Assembly: GCA_963665285.1 (NCBI GenBank)
Contig: OY762266.1
Span: forward strand, 1,032,059 to 1,096,058
Source: Candidatus Poribacteria bacterium
GTDB lineage: Bacteria; Poribacteria; WGA-4E; PCPOR2b
Direction: 5' to 3'
Length of the DNA stretch: 64,000 bases
Shown here: one piece after another, positions 28,186-38,246 of the stretch
How the letters are laid out: the number at the start of each line of letters is the position of its first letter
Numbering within the stretch: the stretch's first letter is position 1
Notes under the pieces: model-generated
Told to the model about the DNA's origin: nothing
Databases searched by the model: none
The model's input: only the letters and a program-made list of their open reading frames with translations
Program-made: the position numbers and the translations under genes

Positions 28186-31100
28186 ATGCCGAACAACAGC
28201 ATCACGGATATTTCCGCCGTAACGGGACTAACCAACCTTCTAGAACTATATTTTGAACAGAACTCAGTATCAGATCTCACCCCGTTGGTGACAAATACGG
28301 GATTGGGAACGAACGCAGAAATTGATGTGGGGGGAAATCCGTTGAATTATCCCTCTATCTATACCCACATTCCCGCGCTACAAGCAAGAGGTGCGTATGT
28401 AGAATTCGACAACCGAACGCCTACCGCACCTGTGAAAATATCAGGGGACAACCAAGCGGGCGATGCCGGTGCAACCCTTGCGCAGTCATTTGTCGTTGAA
28501 GTGCAGGATGGAGATAACGTCGCATTCGCAGGGGTGCCGGTGACATTTGCTGTGACTGCGGGTGGCGGCACACTGAGTGCAACAAGTACCACAACCGATG
28601 CGAATGGCAGGACACAGAGCATACTGACGCTCGGCAACACCGGGGGCACAAACACGGTTAGCGTAAGTGCACAGGGTGCCTCCCAGACAGCGACCTTCAC
28701 CGCCACGGCGACAACAACAAACGCCGCACCGACATTCACCGACGGTACTAGTACCACCCGCTCTGTAGCAGAGAATACCGCCACCGGTGCGAACATCGGT
28801 AGTGCAGTCGTAGCCACCGACGCAGACAACGATACCCTCGCCTATACGCTCGCCGGCACTGATGCGTCATCGTTCAGTATTGTCAGCAGCTCTGGGCAGT
28901 TACAAACACAGGCAGCACTAGATTATGAAACGAAGTCTTCTTATTCGATCACGGTCTCCGTCTCGGATGGGAATGGCGGCAGCGACAGCATCACCGTCAC
29001 GATTAATGTCACAGATGTCACCGAGCAACAGACCGGCATGACTACATACGAGGTTGGTGATGAGATTCCCGCACCAAGTGGGTTCAGTGCATCTCGTCTT
29101 TTAATCGGGGCTAGAACAGGTCTAACTGCAGATAATGGCACATATACCTGTGTCTCCGATAATAACTGTGTAATTCAAAACGGCCAAGTCGCACAAGGCT
29201 CGATTCAAGTTACAGCGATGGCAGCAAACTCCGCACCGGTCTTCACTGATGGAACCAGCACTACCCGCTCTGTAGCCGAGAATACTGCAGCCAACATGAA
29301 CATCGGCACTGCTATCGGTGCCACGGACACCGACAATGACACATTGACCTACACACTTACTGGCACCGATGCCGCATCGTTTGGTATTAATAGCAGTACT
29401 GGGCAGCTGCAAACCAAGTCCGCACTCGACTACGAGACTAAATCTACCTATACCGTAACAGTCACTGTTTCCGATAGTAGTCTCACTGACACCATCACCG
29501 TCACCATCAACATTACTGACGTAACCGAAACTCAAGTAAGTACGGCGGCTTGTCAAGTCGGAGATGTGCTTGCGCCCGGTGAGAGTTGCACCTACCCCGA
29601 TACCGATGCCACGTTCTCCGTGCTCGATAACGGACAAGCGCAATGGCACATCCCCGACTTACCCCCGTTGCTCCAGTGGATTAACCAAACAGCTATCAGC
29701 GGTTCACTGAGTATCTCCACAACTATCAATGGTGAGACATATCACTTCGTTGCCGAAGAACTCTCCAGCGGATCATGGGAAATCAAGGAGATTGGAGATA
29801 GTGGAACTCAGGAACCTGACCTACCCGTACAACCCCCAGTAACTGAGACCACCACCCCGACACTAAGTGTCTCAACCGCGAATCCACTCACAGAAGCAAC
29901 GCTCCATGAAGGAGTCGTAACGCTCACACTCAGCGACGGCACTTACGAACAGTCCAGCTTCAGGATCAGAAATGCCATAACAGTCTCCGGCATCAATGGT
30001 GTGACTAAGAGCACGTTCGGTGTAGATCGCGTCAGCGACACACAAGCTACCGTTGAACTGGAGTTCGACGGCAATATCAGCACAAATAGCACATTAACTA
30101 TCTCCGTGGGAGCGGGGGCTATAGCAGATTACGACGGGGATGCACTCACCGCACAACTAACCGTTACCGCTGTCACCGAGTCACTGGCAGCCTCGACCAC
30201 ATCTCCATTAACAGAGGCAACCTTGGATGAAAGCGTCGTAACACTCACACTGAGCGGCAGATCTTTTGAAGAATCCAGTTTCAGCATTAGAGATGGCGTG
30301 ACCGTATCCGGCATTGACGGTGTCACTGTAGGCACATTCGATGTAGATCGGGCAAGCGACACACAAGTGACGGTTGAACTGACATTCGATGGCACCAACT
30401 TTGACACGACCTCCTCACTAACCTTCACCGTAGGAGCGGATGCCATAGCAGGTTACGGCGGTCCTGCGCTCACCGCACAAGTGTCCGTCACCGCAGGCAC
30501 AGAATCATTTACGGCTTCAACCGCATCTCCGCTGGCGGAGACAACGCTGGATGGAAGTATTATTACACTCACACTCAGTGGCAGGACTTACGAACGATCC
30601 AGATTCACAATCAGAAATGCTATAACCATATCTGGTGTATCAGGCATTACTATCGGCACGTTTGGTGTAGATCGCGTCAGCGACACGCAAGTCACAGTTG
30701 AACTGATATTCAACGGCGACATCGACACCGATAGTACGCTAACATTCACCTTGGCGGCAAGCGCGATAGCTAACTACACCGGCTCCGCGTTCACCGCACA
30801 GCTACCGGTTACTGCGGGTACGGAATCATTGGTAGCCTCAACCGATGCACCATTAACAGAAGCAACACTGGACGAAAGCGTTGTAACACTCACACTGAGC
30901 GGTAGGACTTATGAACAATCCAGTTTCACAATTAGAGATGCTGTGACGGTTTCCGGCATCGACGGTGTCACCGTCGGCACATTCGATATAGATCGCGTCA
31001 GCGATTCACAGATAACCGTTGAATTGACATTCGCCGGGGACTTCGACACCGATGCCACGCTCACCTTCACCGTCGATGCAGGCGCAATCGCAGGTTATGG

Positions 31101-32397
31101 TGGCGATGCATTCACCGCACAGTTACCCGTTACCGCAGGTACGGAGTCATTGGTAGCCTCAACCGATACTCCATTAACGGAGGCAACCTTGCATGAAAGT
31201 GTGATAACACTGACACTGAGCGGTAGAGTTTATGAACAATCCAGTTTCAGCATCAGACGTGCCGTAACGGCATCTGGTATTGACGGTGTTACTGTCGGCA
31301 CGTTCGATGTAGACCGCGTCAGTGACACGGAAATTACCGTCGAACTTACATTCGATGGCACAGATTTCGACACCGATGCCACGCTCACCTTCACCGTCGA
31401 TGCAGGCGCAATCACAGGTTACGATGGGGCTGCATTCACTGCACAACTCCCCGTCACCGCAGGTACGGAGTCATTGGTAGCTTCAACCGATGCCCCTTTA
31501 ACAGAAGCAACCTTGCATGAAAGCATTGTAACTCTGACACTAAGCGGTAGAACTTATGAGCGGTCCAGCTTTAGAATTAGAGATGCCGTGATGCTATCCG
31601 GCATTGCCGGTGTCACGGTGGGCACGTTCGGTATAGACCGCGTCAACGATACGCAAGTGACGGTTGAACTTGAATTCGACGGAAACTTCCAAACCGACAC
31701 CCATCTCACCTTCAGCGTGCACGCAGAAGCGATAGCAGGCTACAACGGGCCCGCACTCACCGCACAAATACCCGTTACCGCGGGTCAAGAAGCGGATGCA
31801 AATAACGATGGCGTGATAGACATCCAAGACTTGGTATTGGTAGCATCAAATTACGGAAAAACAGGACAGAATGCCGCAGATGTCAACGGGGATGGTGTGG
31901 TAAATGTTGCCGATCTCCTCACGGTTACCGGCGCACTAGACAGTGCTGCATCCGCGCCTTCGGCACATCCACAGGCACTTGAGATGTTCACCGCAGCAGA
32001 TGTAAAACTGTGGCTTTCTCATGCACGGCAACTCGATCTCACAGACCCAATATCCCTAAAGGGCATACTCTTCTTAGAGCAACTCCTCGCAGCACTGCTC
32101 CCGAGAGAAACAGCACTATTACCAAACTACCCGAATCCGTTTAACCCGGAGACATGGATACCGTATCGGTTAGCGGAGGACGCCCTGGTAACGCTGACCA
32201 TCTATGACCAGAGCGGTCAAGTTATCCGCACGCTTGATGTTGGGTATCAGACTGCGGCGTTCTATGAGAGCCGCTCGAAAGCAATTTACTGGGATGGTCG
32301 TAACGAATTCGGTGAAGGGGTCGCAAGTGGAATTTACTTTTACAACCTAACGGCAGACAATTATTCCGCAACGCGGAAGATGCTTATTTTGAAGTAA
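28186..32397 (+). CDS. 3' portion of the IS-interrupted giant surface protein: LRR, Big-like, 2x cadherin-like, 2-Cys domain, about 8x ~100-aa tandem repeat, dockerin-like, T9SS C-terminal domain
   Basis: The frame is open from the IS right end (28118); an internal ATG at 28186 could allow independent expression; C-terminus LLPNYPNPFNPETWIPY. Confidence 0.8.
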   Translation: MPNNSITDISAVTGLTNLLELYFEQNSVSDLTPLVTNTGLGTNAEIDVGGNPLNYPSIYTHIPALQARGAYVEFDNRTPTAPVKISGDNQAGDAGATLAQSFVVEVQDGDNVAFAGVPVTFAVTAGGGTLSATSTTTDANGRTQSILTLGNTGGTNTVSVSAQGASQTATFTATATTTNAAPTFTDGTSTTRSVAENTATGANIGSAVVATDADNDTLAYTLAGTDASSFSIVSSSGQLQTQAALDYETKSSYSITVSVSDGNGGSDSITVTINVTDVTEQQTGMTTYEVGDEIPAPSGFSASRLLIGARTGLTADNGTYTCVSDNNCVIQNGQVAQGSIQVTAMAANSAPVFTDGTSTTRSVAENTAANMNIGTAIGATDTDNDTLTYTLTGTDAASFGINSSTGQLQTKSALDYETKSTYTVTVTVSDSSLTDTITVTINITDVTETQVSTAACQVGDVLAPGESCTYPDTDATFSVLDNGQAQWHIPDLPPLLQWINQTAISGSLSISTTINGETYHFVAEELSSGSWEIKEIGDSGTQEPDLPVQPPVTETTTPTLSVSTANPLTEATLHEGVVTLTLSDGTYEQSSFRIRNAITVSGINGVTKSTFGVDRVSDTQATVELEFDGNISTNSTLTISVGAGAIADYDGDALTAQLTVTAVTESLAASTTSPLTEATLDESVVTLTLSGRSFEESSFSIRDGVTVSGIDGVTVGTFDVDRASDTQVTVELTFDGTNFDTTSSLTFTVGADAIAGYGGPALTAQVSVTAGTESFTASTASPLAETTLDGSIITLTLSGRTYERSRFTIRNAITISGVSGITIGTFGVDRVSDTQVTVELIFNGDIDTDSTLTFTLAASAIANYTGSAFTAQLPVTAGTESLVASTDAPLTEATLDESVVTLTLSGRTYEQSSFTIRDAVTVSGIDGVTVGTFDIDRVSDSQITVELTFAGDFDTDATLTFTVDAGAIAGYGGDAFTAQLPVTAGTESLVASTDTPLTEATLHESVITLTLSGRVYEQSSFSIRRAVTASGIDGVTVGTFDVDRVSDTEITVELTFDGTDFDTDATLTFTVDAGAITGYDGAAFTAQLPVTAGTESLVASTDAPLTEATLHESIVTLTLSGRTYERSSFRIRDAVMLSGIAGVTVGTFGIDRVNDTQVTVELEFDGNFQTDTHLTFSVHAEAIAGYNGPALTAQIPVTAGQEADANNDGVIDIQDLVLVASNYGKTGQNAADVNGDGVVNVADLLTVTGALDSAASAPSAHPQALEMFTAADVKLWLSHARQLDLTDPISLKGILFLEQLLAALLPRETALLPNYPNPFNPETWIPYRLAEDALVTLTIYDQSGQVIRTLDVGYQTAAFYESRSKAIYWDGRNEFGEGVASGIYFYNLTADNYSATRKMLILK

Positions 32398-32478
32398 TGC
32401 TACCTCCATTCTTGTACCATTCCAGACCAGAACCCGATTGCATGTTGCAATCGAAAACTAGTGAAAAAGGAGTGTATT

Positions 32479-34656
32479 ATGAAAACACGAGTTGTGAATC
32501 GCACACATTTGATGCTTATCTTAGCTACCGTTTTGATAGTTCTTGGTATACAGGGACCTAGCTACGGGCAAACAATAACTGCATCGGTTCAGCAGTCGTT
32601 AACGGAGGCAAACCTGCATGGGAGCGTCGTTACACTCACACTCACAGGCAGCACTTACGAAAGTTCCTCTTTTAGAATCGAGCGCGCGGTGTCATTCTCC
32701 GGCATTGATGGTGTTACTGTTGCTACGTTCTTTGGCGTAGAGCGCGTAAGCGACACGGTAGTCACAATTGAACTTGAGTTTGATGGCAACATAGATGCTA
32801 ATGCCACTCTTACTTTCACCGTGGGGGCAGACGCAATATCAGGTTACAGTGGAAACGCGCTTACTGCGACTCTACCTGTTACAGCACTGCAGGAATCGCT
32901 TGATGCATCAACGGAGTCCCCCTTGACGGAGGCAACGCTTCACGGGAGCATCATCACATTCACACTCAGCGGTCGTCGGTTCGCCGATGAATGGGATATC
33001 GCAGACGCGGTATCAGTATCCGGTATTGACGGTGTCATTTTTGTATCGTGGGAGGTGGATCGCGTCAGCGACACAGAGGTGACCCTTGAGTTGATTTTCT
33101 TCGGAGACTTTGACACCGATGCCACCCTTACCTTTACCGTGGGAGCAGATGCAATTGCAGGTTACAATCAGGGATTCACCGCACAAATTCCTGTCACTGC
33201 ATTGGAGGAATCACTCGTCGCGTCAACGGATTTTTCCTTGACAGAGGCAACGCTAAATGGAAGCATCGTTACCCTCACCCTTAGCGGCAGGATTTATGAA
33301 GAGTATTCCTTCCAGATCGAAGACGCTTTGACGGTATCCGGCATTGACGGTGTCACTGTTGAAGAATACATCGGTGTGGAGCGTGTAAGCGACACAGAGG
33401 TGAGCGTTGCACTAACATTCGATGGGAACTTTGACACCGATGCAACCCTCACCTTTACTGTGGGCGCAGACGCAATCGCAGGTTACAATCAGGATTTTAC
33501 CGCAGAAATTCCCGTTACTGCGATAGAAAAATCAGATGCCACAGTGAGTATTTCACCAGCATCGGTAGTATCTCCTGATGTCGGAAAGGAGTTGACATTC
33601 AGCCTCAATATCACAGGCGGAGAAAACGTCGCAGGCTTTCAAGTGACGGTGTCGTTTGATTCCACTACGCTCCAACCTATCGTGTCGTTTGATTCCGAGG
33701 CCCGCAATGCGGCTGATTCCAACGTATTCCAAGTATCTTTTACCAACGGCGACTACCTGCCAGCAGGTGCATTTTTTGCGGACCCAATTGTCGTTGACGA
33801 CTGGCTAGGCGATACGTTCCTTGGGGAACCAATATGGTCTACGAAAGTGATACTCGCCGCAAACACACTCGCCGGGGCTGCCAACGGAGACGGTACACTT
33901 GCCACCCTCACATTCAAGGTTGGTGACTTTAAGCCATCCACGCTGACCCTATCCCAAGTCTACCTTGTAGATTCAGCTGGAAAGCGATGGGAAGCTACCA
34001 CTGAAAATGGGACAGTAACTATACCGCCAGCACCGGAAGAAGAAACTGTGGGGGATATCAACCGCGATGGTGTAGTGGACATCCTAGATTTGACAATCGT
34101 TAGTGTCCGTTTCGGTCAGAGGGGACAAAACAGTGCCGATCTCAACGACGATGGTCTTGTCGATATCGTCGACCTCGTCCTTGTTGCCAGCGCGTTTAGT
34201 GAGGAGGCAGAAGCCCCTTCCCTATATCCGCAGACATTGGAACTGCTCAACGCTGCGGACCTGCGCCTGTGGCTTACCCAAGCACAGCAACTGGCATTGA
34301 CAGATCCCACCCATCTGCGTGGCATTACCGTGTTAGAACAACTTCATGCAGCGTTAATCCCACAAGAGACCACCCTGTTGCCAAACTACCCGAATCCGTT
34401 CAATCCAGAGACGTGGATACCGTACCGGCTAGCGGGGGACGCATTCGTAACGCTGACTATCTATGACGGTAGCGGTCAGATTGTCCGTACACTTGATATT
34501 GGACATCAGATAGCTGGCTATTATACGGACCGAATGAAAGCAGCCTATTGGGATGGGAAAAACGAGTTTGGTGAAGGGGTGGCAAGTGGTGTATACTTCT
34601 ATCACCTGTCCGCAGGCGATTTTTCGGCCACACGGAAGATGTTAATTTTAAAATAG
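32479..34656 (+). CDS. Secreted repeat protein: 4x ~100-aa repeat, cohesin-like domain, dockerin-like, T9SS C-terminal domain
   Basis: AAGGAG RBS and signal peptide; cohesin-like beta-sandwich pattern (FQVTVSFDSTTLQ...DGTLATLTFKV); dockerin DINRDGVVDILDL...DLNDDGLVDIVDL; Por_Secre_tail-type CTD. Confidence 0.8.
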   Translation: MKTRVVNRTHLMLILATVLIVLGIQGPSYGQTITASVQQSLTEANLHGSVVTLTLTGSTYESSSFRIERAVSFSGIDGVTVATFFGVERVSDTVVTIELEFDGNIDANATLTFTVGADAISGYSGNALTATLPVTALQESLDASTESPLTEATLHGSIITFTLSGRRFADEWDIADAVSVSGIDGVIFVSWEVDRVSDTEVTLELIFFGDFDTDATLTFTVGADAIAGYNQGFTAQIPVTALEESLVASTDFSLTEATLNGSIVTLTLSGRIYEEYSFQIEDALTVSGIDGVTVEEYIGVERVSDTEVSVALTFDGNFDTDATLTFTVGADAIAGYNQDFTAEIPVTAIEKSDATVSISPASVVSPDVGKELTFSLNITGGENVAGFQVTVSFDSTTLQPIVSFDSEARNAADSNVFQVSFTNGDYLPAGAFFADPIVVDDWLGDTFLGEPIWSTKVILAANTLAGAANGDGTLATLTFKVGDFKPSTLTLSQVYLVDSAGKRWEATTENGTVTIPPAPEEETVGDINRDGVVDILDLTIVSVRFGQRGQNSADLNDDGLVDIVDLVLVASAFSEEAEAPSLYPQTLELLNAADLRLWLTQAQQLALTDPTHLRGITVLEQLHAALIPQETTLLPNYPNPFNPETWIPYRLAGDAFVTLTIYDGSGQIVRTLDIGHQIAGYYTDRMKAAYWDGKNEFGEGVASGVYFYHLSAGDFSATRKMLILK

Positions 34657-34820
34657 AACGAGAGTTAATCACCCCGATTGATGGACTAGCACCGCTCCTA
34701 GAACGGAAGAACAGAATCGTCACTGTTTTTGTGGATAGGCGGGGCATCTTGCCCCGCCCCCGGGACTGAGAAAATCCGATTGTACGCTACAATTCATATT
34801 CAACAAAAAGGAGCTTTCTA

Positions 34821-37800
34821 ATGAAGAACGTGGCAACCAACCAGAAACTTATTCTGTTAATGCTAATGACTGCTTTCCTGATGTGCTGGCTACAAGGCGT
34901 TAGCCACGGTGGGAGTGTTGTCGGCGGTGTAGGACAAGCTATCGGTGCTGCTGGGACAGCTGTTGGGGTAGGTCTCGGTGCTGTTGGGACAGGTCTTGGG
35001 GCAGCTGCGGGTGCTGTTCTAATCGCTGTCGGTGTCGTTGACCTTGGCATCCGCCTCATTGCCACGGTTGTCTGGCATACTGATAGCCTCTCAAGTATGA
35101 CTGTCATTCCCAATGGCGGGATAATTGGTGTTGTAGTTTCAAATCTCATTCACTTGGGAGATTCGCACGCGCTGGCACCCCACACTACACTCACATACGA
35201 CTCACCTATCAACAGTATCGCTTTCAGCCCCAATAACCCGCTACTTGCCAGTGCGAGTGCTGATAGTACAATCCAATTGTGGAACCTCAATACAAATACA
35301 CTCCAAGCTACGCTCCGCGGGCATACCAGTAACGTCTTAAATGTCGCCTTCGATCCCAATGGATCGCTACTCGCCAGTGGAAGTGCCGATGGCACAGTCC
35401 GATTATGGAACCCCAGCACAGAAACACTCCAAGCCACGCTTGAAGCGCATACGAGTGATGTCTTGAGTATTGCCTTCAATTCCGATGGATCGCTACTCGC
35501 CAGTGGAAGTGCCGATGGCACCGTCCGATTATGGAACCCCAGCACAGAAACACTCCAAGCCACGCTTGAAGCGCATATGGATAGTGTTCTGGACGTTGCC
35601 TTCAGTCCTGATGGCTTGCTACTTGCCAGTGCGAGTGATGATGGCTTGGTCGGATTATGGGACACCCACACAGAGATACTCCAAGCCACGCTTGGGCATG
35701 AGTCACCTGTTTTGAGTGTTGCCTTTAGTCCTGACGGTGATCTGCTTGCGACCGGAAGTGCGGACGGGGTAGCACGTTTGTGGGACCCTCATGTGCCAGA
35801 ACATAAAGCCACGCTTGGGCATGAGTCGCCTGTTGAGAGTGTTGCCTTCGACGGAAGCATACTCGTTACCGGAAGTCAGGACGGCAGGGTTCGCCAGTGG
35901 GAAATCACGTCCGAAACTGCCCCAACATCCGCATCGCAAAGTTCAGAATCAACCTGTCAGGTTGGGGATATCCTCGCCCCCGGTGAGAGCTGCACTTACC
36001 CCGACACCGATGCCACATTTTCCGTGCTTGATAACGGTCAAGCACAGTTGGACATTCCCAACTTACCCTCGTGGATCAACAACGTATCCATCGGTGGTTC
36101 GCTGAGTATTACTGCGACTATCAATAATGAGGATTATCACTTCGTTGCCACAGAACTCTCCAGCAGTTCATGGGAAATAGATGAACTTGGCGACAGCAGC
36201 GATTCGGATGGCGACCAAACACCTGGAGGCAGCGAGAGCCAACCAGACGGGATAACAGCCTCAACTACGGCTCCATTAACAGAGGCAACTCTAGATGAAA
36301 GTGTGGTAACACTTACTCTGAACGGTGGAACTTATGAACGATCCAGTTTCAGCATTAGAGACGCTGTAACAGTGTCGACTAGCATCTCAGGTGTAACTGT
36401 TCGAACATCTGACATTGACCGTGTCAGCGACGCACAAGTCACTGTTGAACTGACTTTCGACGGCACCGACTTCGACACAAATTCCACAATCACCTTCACC
36501 GTGGGTGCAGGTGCAATAGCAAACTACAGTGGCTCCGCATTCACCGCACAGATACCGGTCACTTCGGGTTCGGAATCATTGGTAGCCTCAACCGATGCCC
36601 CAATAACAGAAGCGACGCTGGATGGAAGTGTCGTAACCCTCACACTCAGTGGCAGGACTTTTGAGCGATCCAGTTTCAGGATTAGAGACGCCGTGACAGT
36701 GTCCGGCATCTCAGGTGTAACTGTTGGTACGTTTGGCATAGACCGTGTCAGCGATACGGAGGTAACAGTTGAACTTGAATTCGGGGGAAACATTGACACA
36801 AATAGTACGCTAACTATTAGCGTGGCGGAAGGTGCAATAGCAAACTACAGTGGTTCCGCATTCACCGCACAGATACCCGTCACCTCGGGTTCGGAGTCAT
36901 TGGCAGCCTCAACCGATGCTCCATTAACAGAGGCAACCTTGGATGAAAGTGTGGTCACACTGACACTCAGTGGCAGGGCTTATGAAAGCTCCAGTTACAC
37001 CGTCGGACATGCCATAACAGTATCCGGCATTGATGGAGTCACTTTCAAATCGTACGATGTAGACCGTATCAGCGATACAGAGGTGACAGTTGAATTGACA
37101 TTTTCCGGGGACTTTGATACCAATGCTACCCTCACCTTCACCGTGGGGGCAGGTGCGATAGCGGGATACGATGGTGCTGCATTCACGGCGCAAATACCTG
37201 TCACCGGGGGTACGGAATCAATAATTGCTTCAACCACAGTTCCATTGACTGAGTCAGCTTTGGATGAAAGTGTGGTCATACTGACACTCAGTGGCAGGGC
37301 TTATGAAGGCTCCAGTTACACCGTTGGGCGTGCCATAACAGTATCTGGCATTGACGGGGTCACTTTTAGATCATGGGATGTAGACCGCATCAGCGATACA
37401 AAAGTCACTGTTGAGCTCACATTCAATGGTAATATTCAAACCGACAGTCGCCTAATCTTCACGGTGGAGGAGGGTGCCATAGCAGGCTACAGCGGCTCTG
37501 CATTCACAGCAGAAATACCCGTCACCGCCGGGCTTGAAGCTGATGCAAACAATGATGGTGTGGTGGACCTCCAAGATTTGGTGCTGGTAGCATCGAATTA
37601 CGGGCAGACAGGGACAAACAGTGCCGATATCAATGGGGATGGGGTTGTAAATATTGATGATCTCACCACAGTTGCTGGGGCACTAGACAACGCAGGAGCT
37701 GCACCTTCAGTACATCCGCAGATACTTGAATTATTCACCGCAGCGGATGTGAAACTGTGGCTTTCTCATGCACGGCAACTAAACCTTTCCGATCCAACGT

Positions 37801-38144
37801 CCCTAAAGGGCATACTCTTCTTAGAACAACTCCTCGCAGCACTGCTCCCGACAGAGACTGTGCTCTTGCCCAACTACCCCAACCCGTTCAACCCAGAGAC
37901 GTGGATACCGTATCATCTCGCAAAGGATGCGGATGTCACCTTGACTATCTATGACACGAATGGACAGCTGGTTCGGCAGTTTCTACTAGGGCATCAAGCT
38001 GCCGGCATGTATCACACCCGCAGCCGCGCAGTGCACTGGGAGGGTCGTAACGAGTTTGGGGAACCTACAGCAAGTGGGGTGTATTTCTATCATCTATCCG
38101 CAGGCGATTATTCTGCCATGCGGAAGATGGTTATTTTGAAGTAA
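34821..38144 (+). CDS. Secreted repeat protein: Gly/Ala-rich segment, about 7 WD40 blades, 2-Cys domain, 8x ~100-aa repeat, dockerin-like, T9SS C-terminal domain
   Basis: WD40 units ...LLASGSADGTVRLWNP...; same modular layout as the 28186 and 32479 proteins. Confidence 0.8.
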   Translation: MKNVATNQKLILLMLMTAFLMCWLQGVSHGGSVVGGVGQAIGAAGTAVGVGLGAVGTGLGAAAGAVLIAVGVVDLGIRLIATVVWHTDSLSSMTVIPNGGIIGVVVSNLIHLGDSHALAPHTTLTYDSPINSIAFSPNNPLLASASADSTIQLWNLNTNTLQATLRGHTSNVLNVAFDPNGSLLASGSADGTVRLWNPSTETLQATLEAHTSDVLSIAFNSDGSLLASGSADGTVRLWNPSTETLQATLEAHMDSVLDVAFSPDGLLLASASDDGLVGLWDTHTEILQATLGHESPVLSVAFSPDGDLLATGSADGVARLWDPHVPEHKATLGHESPVESVAFDGSILVTGSQDGRVRQWEITSETAPTSASQSSESTCQVGDILAPGESCTYPDTDATFSVLDNGQAQLDIPNLPSWINNVSIGGSLSITATINNEDYHFVATELSSSSWEIDELGDSSDSDGDQTPGGSESQPDGITASTTAPLTEATLDESVVTLTLNGGTYERSSFSIRDAVTVSTSISGVTVRTSDIDRVSDAQVTVELTFDGTDFDTNSTITFTVGAGAIANYSGSAFTAQIPVTSGSESLVASTDAPITEATLDGSVVTLTLSGRTFERSSFRIRDAVTVSGISGVTVGTFGIDRVSDTEVTVELEFGGNIDTNSTLTISVAEGAIANYSGSAFTAQIPVTSGSESLAASTDAPLTEATLDESVVTLTLSGRAYESSSYTVGHAITVSGIDGVTFKSYDVDRISDTEVTVELTFSGDFDTNATLTFTVGAGAIAGYDGAAFTAQIPVTGGTESIIASTTVPLTESALDESVVILTLSGRAYEGSSYTVGRAITVSGIDGVTFRSWDVDRISDTKVTVELTFNGNIQTDSRLIFTVEEGAIAGYSGSAFTAEIPVTAGLEADANNDGVVDLQDLVLVASNYGQTGTNSADINGDGVVNIDDLTTVAGALDNAGAAPSVHPQILELFTAADVKLWLSHARQLNLSDPTSLKGILFLEQLLAALLPTETVLLPNYPNPFNPETWIPYHLAKDADVTLTIYDTNGQLVRQFLLGHQAAGMYHTRSRAVHWEGRNEFGEPTASGVYFYHLSAGDYSAMRKMVILK

Positions 38145-38246
38145 CAGAAGATTGGCAAAAAGGAAGACAGGCATGGGTTGCCTATTTTCCTTCTGTTCTT
38201 CATTCAAGAATCTAAATTTTATTCTAACTCAAAAGGAAAAAAAAAT

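Noticed and set aside
28359-31827. Multiple minus-strand ORFs (28359-28829, 29122-29649, 30129-30446, 31174-31446 and others) inside the giant repeat-protein genes, and similar ones in 35150-37279
   Set aside because: Antisense frames of Thr/Val/Ala-rich repeat coding DNA stay open by composition. The sense-strand genes have coherent domain structure, signal peptides and a T9SS C-terminal domain.
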